DNA of 64,000 nucleotides, from positions 136,276,001-136,340,000 of the forward strand of contig OZ024744.1 in NCBI GenBank assembly GCA_964016885.1. Reading direction: 5' to 3'. Source of the DNA: Eledone cirrhosa. Lineage: Eukaryota. The position numbers and the translations under genes were made by a program. This document shows, one piece after another, positions 21,668 to 36,600 of the stretch (its first letter is position 1; each line of letters starts with the position of its first letter). Under the pieces are notes generated by a model. It saw nothing but the letters and a program-made list of their open reading frames with translations. It was not told where the DNA came from and did no database searches.

Positions 21668-24600
21668 GATGTGTTGAGAGAGAAACTGTCTGAGAGTGAT
21701 AGAATGTAGTGTGCGAGAGAGGAGACTGAGGTGGTATGGACATGTGATGTGTTGAGAGAGAAACTGTGTCTGAGAGGGATGGAATGTAGTGTGCGAGAGA
21801 GGAGACTGAGGTAGTATAGACATGTGATGTGTTGAGAGAGAAACTGTGTCTGAGAGGGATAGAATGTAGTGTGCGAGAGAGGAGACTGAGGTGGTATGTA
21901 CATGTGATGTGTTGAGAGAGAAACTGTGTCTGAGAGTGATAGAATGTAGTGTGCGAGAGAGGAGACTGAGGTGGTATGGACATGTGATGAGTTGAGAGAG
22001 AAACTGTGTCTGAGAGGGATAGAATGTAGTCTGTGAGAGAGGAGACTGAGGTGGTATGGACATGTGATGTGTTGAGAGAGAAACTGCGTCTGAGAGTGAT
22101 AGAATGTGGTGTGCGAGAGAGGAGACTGAGGTGGTATGGACATGTGATGTGTTGAGAGAGAAACTGTGTCTGAGAGGGATAGAATGTAGTGTGTGAGAGA
22201 GGAGACTGAGGTGGTATGGACATGTGATGTGTTGAGAGAGAAACTGTGTCTGAGAGGGATAGAATGTAGTGTGCGAGAGAGGAGACTGAGGTGGTATGGA
22301 CATGTGATTTATCGAGAGAGAAACTGTGTCTGAGAGGGATAGAATGTAGTGTGCGAGAGGGGAGACTGAGGTGGTATGGACATGTGATGTGTTGAGAGAG
22401 AAACTGTGTCTGAGAGGGATAGAATGTAGTGTGCGAGAGAGGAGACAGGTGGTATGAACATGTGATGAGTTGAGAGAGAAACTGTGTCTGAGAGGGATAG
22501 AATGTAGTGTGCGAGAGAGGAGACTGAGGTGGTATGGACATGTGATGTGTTGAGAGAGAAACTGTGTCTGAGAGGGATAGAATGTAGTGTGCGAGAGAGG
22601 AGACTGAGGTGGTATGGACATGTGATGTGTTGAGAGAGAAACTGTGTCTGAGAGGGATAGAATGTGGTGTGCGAGAGGAGGAGACTGAGGTGGTATGGAC
22701 ATGTGATGTGTTGAGAGAGAAACTGTCTGAGAGGGATAGAATGTAGTGTGCGAGAGAGGAGACTGTGGTGGTATGGACATGTGAAGTGTTGAGAGAGAAA
22801 CTGTGTCTGAGAGGGATAGAATGTAGTGTACGAGAGAGGAGACTGAGGTGGTATGGACATGTGATGTGTTGAGAGAGAAACTGTGTCTGAGAGGGATAGA
22901 ATGTAGTGTACGGGAGAGGAGACTGAGGTAGTATAGACATGTGATGTGTTGAGAGAGAAACTGTGTCTGAGAGGGATAGAATGTGGTGTGCGAGAGAGGA
23001 GACTGAGGTGGTATGAACATGTGATGAGTTGAGAGAGAAACTGTGTCTGAGAGGGATAGAATGTAGTGTGCGAGAGAGGAGACTGAGGTGGTATGGACAT
23101 GTGATGAGTTGAGAGAGAAACTGTGTCTGAGAGGGATAGAATGTGGTGTGCGAGAGAGGAGACTGAGGAGGTATGGACATGTGATGAGTTGAGAGAGAAA
23201 CTTTGTCTGAGAGGGATAGAATGTGGTGTGCGAGAGAGGAGACAGGTGGTATGGACATGTGATGAGTTGAAAGAGAAACTCTGTCTGAGAGGGATAGAAT
23301 GTAGTGTGCGAGAGAGGAGACAGGTGGTATGGTCATGTGATGAGTTGAGAGAGAAACTGTGTCTGAGAGGGATAGAATGTAGTGTGCGAGAGAGGAGACT
23401 GAGGTGGTATGGACATGTGATGTGTTGAGAGAGAAACTGTGTCTGAGAGGGATAGAATGTGGTGTGCGAGAGAGGAGACTGAGGTGGTATGGACATGTGA
23501 TGTGTTGAGAGAGAAACTGTGTCTGAGAGGGATAGAATGTAGTGTGCGAGAGAGGAGACTGAGGTGGTATGGACATGTGATGAGTTGAGAGAGAAACTGT
23601 GTCTGAGAGGGATAGAATGTGGTGTGCGAGAGAGGAGACTGAGGTGGTATGGACATGTGATGTGTTGAGAGAGAAACTGTGTCTGAGAGGGATAGAATGT
23701 AGTGTGCGAGAGAGGAGACTGAGGTGGTATGGACATGTGATGAGTTGAGAGAGAAACTGTGTCTGAGAGGGATAGAATGTAGTGTGCGAGAGAGGAGACT
23801 GAGGTGGTATGGACATGTGATGAGTTGAGAGAGAAACTGTGTCTGAGAGTGATAGAATGTAGTGTGTGAGAAAGGAGACTGAGTTGGTATGGACATGTGA
23901 TGTGTTTTGAGAGAGAAACTGTGTCTGAGAGGGATAGAATGTAGTGTAAGAGAGAGGAGACTGAGGTGGTATGGACATGTGATGTGTTGAGAGAGAAACT
24001 GTCTGAGAGGGATAGAATGTAGTGTGCGAGAGAGGAGACTGAGGTGGTATGGACATGTGATGAGTTGAGAGAGAAACTGTGTCTGAGAGGGATAGAATGT
24101 AGTGTGCGAGAGAGGAGACTGAGGTGGTATGGACATGTGATGAGTTGAGAGAGAAACTGTGTCTGAGAGGGATAGAATGTAGTCTGTGAGAGAGGAGACT
24201 CAGGTGGTATGGACATGTGATGTGTTGAGAGAGAAACTGCGTCTGAGAATGATAGAATGTGGTGTGCGAGAGAGGAGACTGAGGTGGTATGGACATGTGA
24301 TGTGTTGAGAGAGAAACTGTGTCTGAGAGGGATAGAATGTAGTGTGTGAGAGAGGAGACTGAGGTGGTATGGACATGTGATGTGTTGAGAGAGAAACTGT
24401 GTCTGAGAGGGATAGAATGTAGTGTGCGAGAGAGGAGACTGAGGTGGTATGGACATGTGATGTGTTGAGAGATAAACTGTCTGAGAGGGATAGAATGTAG
24501 TGTGCGAGAGGGGAGACTGAGGTGGTATGGACATGTGATGTGTTGAGAGAGAAACTGTATCTGAGAGGGATAGAATGTAGTGTGCGAGAGAGGAGACTGG

Positions 24601-27600
24601 TGGTATGGACATGTGATGTGTTGAGAGAGAAACTGTGTCTGAGAGGGATAGAATGTGGTGTGCGAGAGAGGAGACTGAGGTGGTATGAACATGTGATGAG
24701 TTGAGAGAGAAACTCTGTCTGAGAGGGATAGAATGTAGTGTGCGAGAGAGGAGACTGAGGTGGTATGAACATGTGATGAGTTGAGAGAGAAACTCTGTCT
24801 GAGAGGGATAGAATGTAGTATACGAGAGAGGAGACTGAGGTGGTATGGACATGTGATGAGTTGAGAGAGAAACTGTGTCTGAGAGGGATAGAATGTAGTG
24901 TGCGAGAGAGGAGACTGAGGTGGTATGTACATGTGATGTGTTGAGAGAGAAACTGTGTCTGAGAGTGATAGAATGTAGTGTGCGAGAGAGGAGACTGAGG
25001 TGGTATGGACATGTGATGAGTTGAGAGAGAAACTGTGTCTGAGAGGGATAGAATGTAGTCTGTGAGAGAGGAGACTGAGGTGGTATGGACATGTGATGTG
25101 TTGAGAGAGAAACTGCGTCTGAGAGTGATAGAATGTGGTGTGCGAGAGAGGAGACTGAGGTGGTATGGACATGTGATGTGTTGAGAGAGAAACTGTGTCT
25201 GAGAGGGATAGAATGTAGTGTGTGAGAGAGGAGACTGAGGTGGTATGGACATGTGATGTGTTGAGAGAGAAACTGTGTCTGAGAGGGATAGAATGTAGTG
25301 TGCGAGAGAGGAGACTGAGGTGGTATGGACATGTGATTTATCGAGAGAGAAACTGTGTCTGAGAGGGATAGAATGTAGTGTGCGAGAGGGGAGACTGAGG
25401 TGGTATGGACATGTGATGTGTTGAGAGAGAAACTGTGTCTGAGAGGGATAGAATGTAGTGTGCGAGAGAGGAGACAGGTGGTATGAACATGTGATGAGTT
25501 GAGAGAGAAACTGTGTCTGAGAGGAACTGTGTCTGAGAGGGATAGAATGTCAGTGTGCGAGAGACGGAGACTGAGGTGGTATGGACATGTGATGTGTTGA
25601 GATGAGAAACTGTGTCTGAGAGGATAGAATGTAGTGTGCCGACAGAGAGGAGACCTCGAGGCTGGTATGTCATGTGATGTGTTGAGAGAGAAACTGTCGA
25701 TCTGAGACGGGATAGAATGTAGTGTCTAGGGAGAAGACGACTGAGGTGGTAAATGGACATGTAGATGTGTTGAGAGAGAAACTGTTCTGAGAGGGATAGA
25801 ATGTCGTGTGTGAGAGAGGAGACTGAGGTGGTAATGGACATGTGATGTGTTGAGAGAGAAACTGTGTCTGAGAGGGATAGAATGTAGGTGCTGCGTAGAG
25901 GAGGAGACTGAGGTAGGTAATGGACATGTGATGTGTTGAGAGAGACACTGTCTGAGAGGCGATAGAATGTAGTCGTGCGAGAGAGGAGACTGTGGTGGTC
26001 ATGGACATGTGATAGTGTGCAGAGAGAAACTGTGTCTGAGAGGGATAGAATCGTACGTGTACGTGAGAAGAGCGAGACTGAGGTGTCATGGACATGTGAT
26101 GTGTTGACGAGAGACACCTGTGTCTCGAGAGGAATAGAATGTAGTGTGCGAGAGAGGAGACTGAGGTAGTATAGACATGCTGATGTGTTGAGAGAGAAAA
26201 CTCGAGTCTCGAGAGGGCATAGACTGTAGTGATGCGAGAGAGAGACAGGTGGAATGGACATGTCGATGAGTTAAAGAGAAACTCTGTTGAGAGGGATAGA
26301 ATGTAGTGTTGCGAGAGAGCGAGACTCGAGGTGGTCTATGAACATGTGATGAGTTCGAGAGAGAAACTAGTAGTCTGAGAGGGATAGAATGTAGTGTGCG
26401 ACGAGAGGAGACCTGAGAGTGGTATGGACATGTGATAGAGTCTGAGAGAGAAAACTGTGTCTGAGAGGGATAGAATGTGGTGTGCGAGAGAGAAACTGTG
26501 TCTGAGAGGGATAGAATGAAGTGTGCGAGAGAGGAGATAGGTGGTATGGACATGTGATGAGTTGAAAGAGAAACTCTGTCTGAGAGGGATAGAATGTAGT
26601 GTGCGAGAGAGGACGAACAGGTGAGTATGGTCATGTGATGAGTTGAGAGAGAAACTGTGTCTGAGAGGGATAGAATGTAGTGTGCGAGAGCAGGAGACTG
26701 AGGTGGTATGGACATGTGATGTGTAGAGAGAGAAACTGTGTCTGAGAGGGATAGAATGTGGTGTGCGAGAGAGGAGACTGAGGTGGTATGGACATGTGAT
26801 GTGTTGAGAGAAAAACTGCGTCTGAGAGTGATAGAATGTGGTGTGCGAGAGAGGAGACTGACGGTGGTATGGACATGTGATGTAGTGATGAGAGAAACTG
26901 TGTCTCGAGAGGATAGAAATGTAGTGTGCGAGAGAGGTAGATCTGAGGTGGTCATGGATCATTGTGATGAGTTGAGAGAGAAACTGTGTCTGAGAGGGAT
27001 AGAATGTAGTGTGCGAGAGAGGAGACTGAGGTGGTATGGACATGTGATGAGTTGAGAGAGAAACTGTGTCTGAGAGTGATAGAATGTAGTGTGTGAGAAA
27101 GGAGACTGAGTTGGTATGGACATGTGATGTGTTTTGAGAGAGAAACTGTGTCTGAGAGGGATAGAATGTAGTGTAAGAGAGAGGAGACTGAGGTGGTATG
27201 GACATGTGATGTGTTGAGAGAGAAACTGCGTCTGAGAATGATAGAATGTGGTGTGCGAGAGAGGAGACTGAGGTGGTATGGACATGTGATGTGTTGAGAG
27301 AGAAACTGTGTCTGAGAGGGATAGAATGTAGTGTGTGAGAGAGGAGACTGAGGTGGTATGGACATGTGATGTGTTGAGAGAGAAACTGTGTCTGAGAGGG
27401 ATAGAATGTAGTGTGCGAGAGAGGAGACTGAGGTGGTATGGACATGTGATGTGTTGAGAGATAAACTGTCTGAGAGGGATAGAATGTAGTGTGCGAGAGG
27501 GGAGACTGAGGTGGTATGGACATGTGATGTGTTGAGAGAGAAACTGTATCTGAGAGGGATAGAATGTAGTGTGCGAGAGAGGAGACTGGTGGTATGGACA

Positions 27601-30600
27601 TGTGATGAGTTGAGAGAGAAACTGTGTCTGAGAGGGATAGAATGTGGTGTGCGAGAGAGAAACTGTGTCTGAGAGGGATAGAATGTAGTGTGCGAGAGAG
27701 GAGATAGGTGGTATGGACATGTGATGAGTTGAAAGAGAAACTCTGTCTGAGAGGGATAGAATGTAGTGTGCGAGAGAGGAGACAGGTGGTATGGTCATGT
27801 GATGAGTTGAGAGAGAAACTGTGTCTGAGAGGGATAGAATGTAGTGTGCGAGAGAGGAGACTGAGGTGGTATGGACATGTGATGTGTTGAGAGAGAAACT
27901 GTGTCTGAGAGGGATAGAATGTGGTGTGCGAGAGAGGAGACTGAGGTGGTATGGACATGTGATGTGTTGAGAGAGAAACTGCGTCTGAGAGTGATAGAAT
28001 GTGGTGTGCGAGAGAGGAGACTGAGGTGGTATGGACATGTGATGTGTTGAGAGAGAAACTGTGTCTGAGAGGGATAGAATGTAGTGTGCGAGAGAGGAGA
28101 CTGAGGTGGTATGGACATGTGATGAGTTGAGAGAGAAACTGTGTCTGAGAGGGATAGAATGTAGTGTGCGAGAGAGGAGACTGAGGTGGTATGGACATGT
28201 GATGAGTTGAGAGAGAAACTGTGTCTGAGAGTGATAGAATGTAGTGTGTGAGAAAGGAGACTGAGTTGGTATGGACATGTGATGTGTTTTGAGAGAGAAA
28301 CTGTGTCTGAGAGGGATAGAATGTAGTGTAAGAGAGAGGAGACTGAGGTGGTATGGACATGTGATGTGTTGAGAGAGAAACTGCGTCTGAGAATGATAGA
28401 ATGTGGTGTGCGAGAGAGGAGACTGAGGTGGTATGGACATGTGATGTGTTGAGAGAGAAACTGTGTCTGAGAGGGATAGAATGTAGTGTGTGAGAGAGGA
28501 GACTGAGGTGGTATGGACATGTGATGTGTTGAGAGAGAAACTGTGTCTGAGAGGGATAGAATGTAGTGTGCGAGAGAGGAGACTGAGGTGGTATGGACAT
28601 GTGATGTGTTGAGAGATAAACTGTCTGAGAGGGATAGAATGTAGTGTGCGAGAGGGGAGACTGAGGTGGTATGGACATGTGATGTGTTGAGAGAGAAACT
28701 GTATCTGAGAGGGATAGAATGTAGTGTGCGAGAGAGGAGACTGGTGGTATGGACATGTGATGTGTTGAGAGAGAAACTGTGTCTGAGTGGGATAGAATGT
28801 GGTGTGCGAGAGAGGAGACTGAGGTGGTATGAACATGTGATGAGTTGAGAGAGAAACTCTGTCTGAGAGGGATAGAATGTAGTGTGCGAGAGAGGAGACT
28901 GAGGTGGTATGAACATGTGATGAGTTGAGAGAGAAACTCTGTCTGAGAGGGATAGAATGTAGTATACGAGAGAGGAGACTGAGGTGGTATGGACATGTGA
29001 TGAGTTGAGAGAGAAACTGTGTCTGAGAGGGATAGAATGTAGTGTGCGAGAGAGGAGACTGAGGTGGTATGTACATGTGATGTGTTGAGAGAGAAACTGT
29101 GTCTGAGAGTGATAGAATGTAGTGTGCGAGAGAGGAGACTGAGGTGGTATGGACATGTGATGAGTTGAGAGAGAAACTGTGTCTGAGAGGGATAGAATGT
29201 AGTCTGTGAGAGAGGAGACTGAGGTGGTATGGACATGTGATGTGTTGAGAGAGAAACTGCGTCTGAGAGTGATAGAATGTGGTGTGCGAGAGAGGAGACT
29301 GAGGTGGTATGGACATGTGATGTGTTGAGAGAGAAACTGTGTCTGAGAGGGATAGAATGTAGTGTGTGAGAGAGGAGACTGAGGTGGTATGGACATGTGA
29401 TGTGTTGAGAGAGAAACTGTGTCTGAGAGAGATAGAATGTAGTGTGTGAGAGAGGAGACTGAGGTGGTATGGACATGTGATGTGTTGAGAGAGAAACTGT
29501 GTCTGAGAGGGATAGAATGTAGTGTGCGAGAGAGGAGACTGAGGTGGTATGGACATGTGATGACTTGAGAGAGAAACTGTCTGAGAGGGATAGAATGTAG
29601 TGTGCGAGAGGGGAGACTGAGGTAGTATAGACATGTGATGAATTGAGAGAGAAACTGTGTCTGAGAGGGATAGAATGTAGTGTGCGAGAGAGGAGACTGA
29701 GGTGGTATGGACATGTGATGAGTTGAGAGAGAAACTGTGTCTGAGAGAGATAGAATGTAGTGTGTGAGAGAGGAGACTGAGGTGGTATGGACATGTGATG
29801 TGTTGAGAGAGAAACTGTGTCTGAGAGAGATAGAATGTAGTGTGTGAGAGGGGAGACTGAGGTGGTATGGACATGTGATGAGTTGAGAGAGAAACTGTCT
29901 GAGAGGGATAGAATGTAGTGTGCGAGAGAGGAGACTGAGGTGGTATGGACATGTGAAGTGTTGAGAGAGAAACTGTGTCTGAGAGTGATAGAATGTAGTG
30001 TAAGAGAGAGGAGACTGAGGTGGTATGAACATGTGATGAGTTGAGAGAGAAACTGTGTCTGAGAGGGATAGAATATAGTTTGCGAGAGGAGGAGACTGAG
30101 GTGGTATGGACATGTGATGTGTTGAGAGAGAAACTGTGTCCGAGAGTGATAGAATGTAGTGTAAGAGAGAGGAGACTGAGGTGGTATGGACATGTGATGA
30201 GTTGAGAGAGAAACTGTGTCTGATAGGGATAGAATATAGTGTGCGAGAGGAGGAGACTGAGGTGGTATGGACATGTGATGTGTTGAGAGAGAAACTGTCT
30301 GAGAGGGATAGAATGTAGTGTGTGAGAGAAGAGACTGAGGTGGTATGGACATGTGATGTGTTGAGAGAGAAACTGTGTCTGAGAGGGATAGAATGTAGTG
30401 TGCGAGAGAGGAGACTGGTGGTATGGACATGTGATGAGTTGAGAGAGAAACTGTGTCTGTATGGATAGAATGTAGTGTGCGAGAGAGGAGACTGAGGTGG
30501 TATGTACATGTGATGACTTGAGAGAGAAACTGTGTCTGAGAGAGATAGAATGTAGTGTACGAGAGAGGAGACTGAGGTGGTATGTACATGTGATGAATTG

Positions 30601-33600
30601 AGAGAGAAACTGTGTCTGAGAGAGATAGAATGTAGTGTGCGAGAGAGGAGACTGAGGTGGTATGGACATGTGATGTGTTGAGAGAGAAACTGTGTCTGAG
30701 AGGGATAGAATGTAGTGTATGGGAGAGGAGACAGGTGGTATGGACATGTGATGAGTTGAAAGAGAAACTGTGTCTGAGAGGGATAGAATGTAGTGTGCGA
30801 GAGAGGAGACTGAGGTGGTATGAACATGTGATGAGTTGAAAGAGAAACTGTGTCTGAGAGGGATAGAATGTAGTGTGTGAGAGAGGAGACAGGTGGTATG
30901 GACATGTGATGAGTTGAGAGAGAAACTCTGTCTGAGAGGGATAGAATGTAGTGTGCGAGAGAGGAGACTGAGGTGGTATGAACATGTGATGAGTTGAAAG
31001 AGAAACTGTGTCTGAGAGGGATAGAATGTAGTGTACGGGAGAGGAGACAGGTGGTATGAACATGTGATGAGTTGAGAAACTGTGTCTGAGAGGGATAGAA
31101 TGTAGTGTGCGAGAGAGGAGACTGAGGTGGTATGGACATGTGATGACTTGAGAGAGAAACTGTGTCTGAGAGAGATAGAATGTAGTGTGTGAGAGAGGAG
31201 ACTGAGGTGGTATGGACATGTGATGTGTTGTGAGAGAAACTGTGTCTGAGAGAGATAGAATGTAGTGTGTGAGAGGGGAGACTGAGGTGGTATAGACATG
31301 TGATGAGTTGAGAGAGAAACTGTGACTGAGAGGGATAGAATGTGGTGTGCGAGAGAGGAGACTGAGGTGGTATGGACATGTGATGTGTTGAGAGAGAAAC
31401 CGTGTCTGAGAGGGATAGAATGTAGTGTGCGAGAGAGGAGACTGAGGTGCTATGGACATGTGATGTGTCGAGAGAGAAACTGTGTCTGAGAGGGATATAA
31501 TGTAGTGTGCGAGAGAGGAGACTGAGGTGGTATGGACATGTGATGTGTTGAGAGAGAAATTGTCTGAGAGGGATATAATGTAGTGTGCGAGAGAGGAGAC
31601 TGAGGTGGTATGGACATGTGATGTGTTGAGAGAGAAACTGTGTCTGAGAGGGATAGAATGTAGTGTGCGAGAGAGGAGACTGAGGTGGTATGGACATGTG
31701 ATGAGTTGAGAGAGAAACTGTCTGAGAGGGATAGAATGTAGTGTGCGAGAGAGGAGACTGAGGTGGTATGGACATGTGATGTGTTGAGAGAGAAACTGTG
31801 TCTGAGAAGGATAGAATGTAGTGTGCGAGAGAGGAGACTGAGGTGGTATGGACATGTGATGACTTGAGAGAGAAACTGTCTGAGAGGGATAGAATGTAGT
31901 GTGCGAGAGGGGAGACTGAGGTAGTATAGACATGTGATGAATTGAGAGAGAAACTGTGTCTGAGAGGGATAGAATGTAGTGTACGGGAGAGGAGACTGAG
32001 GTGGTATGAACATGTGATGAGTCGAGAGAGAAACTGTGTCTGAGAGAGATAGAATGTAGTGTGTGAGAGGAGAGACTGAGGTGGTATGGACATGTGATGA
32101 GTTGAGAGAGAAACTGTCTGAGAGGGATAGAATGTAGTGTGCGAGAGAGGAGACTGAGGTGGTATGGACATGTGAAGTGTTGAGAGAGAAACTGTGTCTG
32201 AGAGAGATAGAATGAAGTGTGCGAGAGAGGAGACAGGTGGTATGGACATGTGATGACTTGAGAGAGAAACTGTCTGAGAGGGATAGAATGTAGTGTGCGA
32301 GAGGGGAGACTGAGGTAGTATAGACATGTGATGAATTGAGAGAGAAACTGTGTCTGAGAGGGATAGAATGTAGTGTACGGGAGAGGAGACAGGTGGTATG
32401 AACATGTGATGAGTTGAGAGAGAAACTGTGTCTGAGAGGGATAGAATGTAGTGTGCGAGAGAGGAGACTGAGGTGGTATGGACATGTGATGAGTTGAGAG
32501 AGAAACTGTGTCTGAGAGAGATAGAATGTAGTGTGTGAGAGGGGAGACTGAGGTGGTATGGACATGTGATGAGTTGAGAGAGAAACTGTCTGAGAGGGAT
32601 AGAATGTAGTGTGCGAGAGAGGAGACTGAGGTGGTATGGACATGTGAAGTGTTGAGAGAGACACTGTGTCTGAGAGAGATAGAATGTAGTGTGTGAGAGA
32701 GGAGACTGAGGTGGTATGGACATGTGATGTGTTGTGAGAGTAACTGTGTCTGAGAGAGATAGAATGTAGTGTGTGAGAGGGGAGACTGAGGTGGTATAGA
32801 CATGTGATGAGTTGAGAGAGAAACTGTGACTGAGAGGGATAGAATGTGGTGTGCGAGAGAGGAGACTGAGGTGGTATGGACATGTGATGTGTTGAGAGAG
32901 AAACCGTGTCTGAGAGGGATAGAATGTAGTGTGCGAGAGAGGAGACTGAGGTGCTATGGACATGTGATGTGTCGAGAGAGAAACTGTGTCTGAGAGGGAT
33001 ATAATGTAGTGTGCGAGAGAGGAGACTGAGGTGGTATGGACATGTGATGTGTTGAGAGAGAAACTGTGTCTGAGAGGGATATAATGTAGTGTGCGAGAGA
33101 GGAGACTGAGGTGGTATGGACATGTGATGTGTTGAGAGAGAAACTGTGTCTGAGAGGGATAGAATGTAGTGTGCGAGAGAGGAGACTGAGGTGGTATGGA
33201 CATGTGATGAGTTGAGAGAGAAACTGTCTGAGAGGGATAGAATGTAGTGTGCGAGAGAGGAGACTGAGGTGGTATGGACATGTGATGTGTTGAGAGAGAA
33301 ACTGTGTCTGAGAGGGATAGAATGTAGTGTGCGAGAGAGGAGACTGAGGTGGTATGGACATGTGATGTGTTGAGAGAGAAACTGTGTCTGAGAGTGATAG
33401 AATGTAGTGTACGGGAGAGGAGACTTAGGTAGTATGGACATGTGATGAGTTGAGAGAGAAACTGTGTCTGAGAGGGATAGAATGTAGTGTGAGAGAGAGG
33501 AGACTGAGGTGGTATGGACATGTGATGAGTTGAGAGAGAAACTGCTTCTGAGAGGGATAGAATGTAGTGTGCGAGAGAGGAGACTGAGGTGGTATGGACA

Positions 33601-36600
33601 TGTGATGTGTTGAGAGAGAAACTGTGTCTGAGAGGGATAGAATGTAGTGTGTGAGAGAGGAGACTGAGGTGGTATGGACATGTGATGTGTTGAGAGAGAA
33701 ACTGTGTCTGAGAGGGATAGAATGTAGTGTGCGAGAGGGGAGACTGAGGTGGTATGGACATGTGATGTGTTGAGAGAGAAACTGTGTCTGAGAGGGATAG
33801 AATGAAGTGTGCGAGAGAGGAGACAGGTGGTATGGACATGTGATGAGTTGAGAGAGAAACTGTGTCTGAGAGGGATAGAATGTAGTGTGAGAGAGAGGAG
33901 ACTGAGGTGGTATGGACATGTGATGTGTTGAGAGAGAAACTGTGTCTGAGAGTGATAGAATGTAGTGTGTGAGAGAGGAGACTTAGGTAGTATGGACATG
34001 TGATGAGTTGAGAGAGAAACTGTGTCTGAGAGGGATAAAATGTAGTGTGAGAGAGAGGAGACTGAGGTGGTATGGACATGTGATGAGTTGAGAGAGAAAC
34101 TGCTTCTGAGAGGGATAGAATGTAGTGTGCGAGAGAGGAGACTGAGGTGGTATGGACATGTGATGTGTTGAGAGAGAAACTGTGTCTGAGAGGGATAGAA
34201 TGAAGTGTGCGAGAGAGGAGACAGGTGGTATGGACATGTGATGAGTTGAGAGAGAAACTGTGTCTGAGAGGGATAGAATGTAGTCTGTGAGAGAGGGGAC
34301 TGAGGTGGTATGGACATGTGATGTGTTGAGAGAGAAACTGTGTCTGAGAGGGATATAATGTAGTGTGCGAGAGGGGAGACTGAGGTAGTATAGACATGTG
34401 ATGAATTGAGAGAGAAACTGTGTCTGAGAGGGATAGAATGTAGTGTACGGGAGAGGAGACAGGTGGTATGAACATGTGATGAGTTGAGAGAGAAACTGTG
34501 TCTGAGAGGGATAGAATGTAGTGTGCGAGAGAGGAGACTGAGGTGGTATGGACATGTGATGAGTTGAGAGAGAAACTGTGTCTGAGAGAGATAGAATGTA
34601 GTGTGTGAGAGAGGAGACTGAGGTGGTATGGACATGTGATGTGTTGAGAGAGAAACTGTGTCTGAGAGAGATAGAATGTAGTGTGTGAGAGGGGAGACTG
34701 AGGTGGTATGGACATGTGATGAGTTGAGAGAGAAACTGTCTGAGAGGGATAGAATGTAGTGTGCGAGAGAGGAGACTGAGGTGGTATGGACATGTGAAGT
34801 GTTGAGAGAGACACTGTGTCTGAGAGAGATAGAATGTAGTGTGTGAGAGAGGAGACTGAGGTGGTATGGACATGTGATGTGTTGTGAGAGTAACTGTGTC
34901 TGAGAGAGATAGAATGTAGTGTGTGAGAGGGGAGACTGAGGTGGTATAGACATGTGATGAGTTGAGAGAGAAACTGTGACTGAGAGGGATAGAATGTGGT
35001 GTGCGAGAGAGGAGACTGAGGTGGTATGGACATGTGATGTGTTGAGAGAGAAACCGTGTCTGAGAGGGATAGAATGTAGTGTGCGAGAGAGGAGACTGAG
35101 GTGCTATGGACATGTGATGTGTCGAGAGAGAAACTGTGTCTGAGAGGGATATAATGTAGTGTGCGAGAGAGGAGACTGAGGTGGTATGGACATGTGATGT
35201 GTTGAGAGAGAAACTGTGTCTGAGAGGGATATAATGTAGTGTGCGAGAGAGGAGACTGAGGTGGTATGGACATGTGATGTGTTGAGAGAGAAACTGTGTC
35301 TGAGAGGGATAGAATGTAGTGTGCGAGAGAGGAGACTGAGGTGGTATGGACATGTGATGAGTTGAGAGAGAAACTGTCTGAGAGGGATAGAATGTAGTGT
35401 GCGAGAGAGGAGACTGAGGTGGTATGGACATGTGATGTGTTGAGAGAGAAACTGTGTCTGAGAGGGATAGAATGTAGTGTGCGAGAGAGGAGACTGAGGT
35501 GGTATGGACATGTGATGTGTTGAGAGAGAAACTGTGTCTGAGAGTGATAGAATGTAGTGTACGGGAGAGGAGACTTAGGTAGTATGGACATGTGATGAGT
35601 TGAGAGAGAAACTGTGTCTGAGAGGGATAGAATGTAGTGTGAGAGAGAGGAGACTGAGGTGGTATGGACATGTGATGAGTTGAGAGAGAAACTGCTTCTG
35701 AGAGGGATAGAATGTAGTGTGCGAGAGAGGAGACTGAGGTGGTATGGACATGTGATGTGTTGAGAGAGAAACTGTGTCTGAGAGGGATAGAATGTAGTGT
35801 GTGAGAGAGGAGACTGAGGTGGTATGGACATGTGATGTGTTGAGAGAGAAACTGTGTCTGAGAGGGATAGAATGTAGTGTGCGAGAGGGGAGACTGAGGT
35901 GGTATGGACATGTGATGTGTTGAGAGAGAAACTGTGTCTGAGAGGGATAGAATGAAGTGTGCGAGAGAGGAGACAGGTGGTATGGACATGTGATGAGTTG
36001 AGAGAGAAACTGTGTCTGAGAGGGATAGAATGTAGTGTGAGAGAGAGGAGACTGAGGTGGTATGGACATGTGATGTGTTGAGAGAGAAACTGTGTCTGAG
36101 AGTGATAGAATGTAGTGTGTGAGAGAGGAGACTTAGGTAGTATGGACATGTGATGAGTTGAGAGAGAAACTGTGTCTGAGAGGGATAAAATGTAGTGTGA
36201 GAGAGAGGAGACTGAGGTGGTATGGACATGTGATGAGTTGAGAGAGAAACTGCTTCTGAGAGGGATAGAATGTAGTGTGCGAGAGAGGAGACTGAGGTGG
36301 TATGGACATGTGATGTGTTGAGAGAGAAACTGTGTCTGAGAGGGATAGAATGAAGTGTGCGAGAGAGGAGACAGGTGGTATGGACATGTGATGAGTTGAG
36401 AGAGAAACTGTGTCTGAGAAGGATAGAATGTAGTCTGTGAGAGAGGGGACTGAGGTGGTATGGACATGTGATGTGTTGAGAGAGAAACTGTGTCTGAGAG
36501 GGATATAATGTAGTGTGCGAGAGAGGAGACTGAGGTGGTATGGACATGTGATGTGTTGAGAGAGAAACTGTGTCTGAGAGGGATAGAATGTAGTGTGCGA

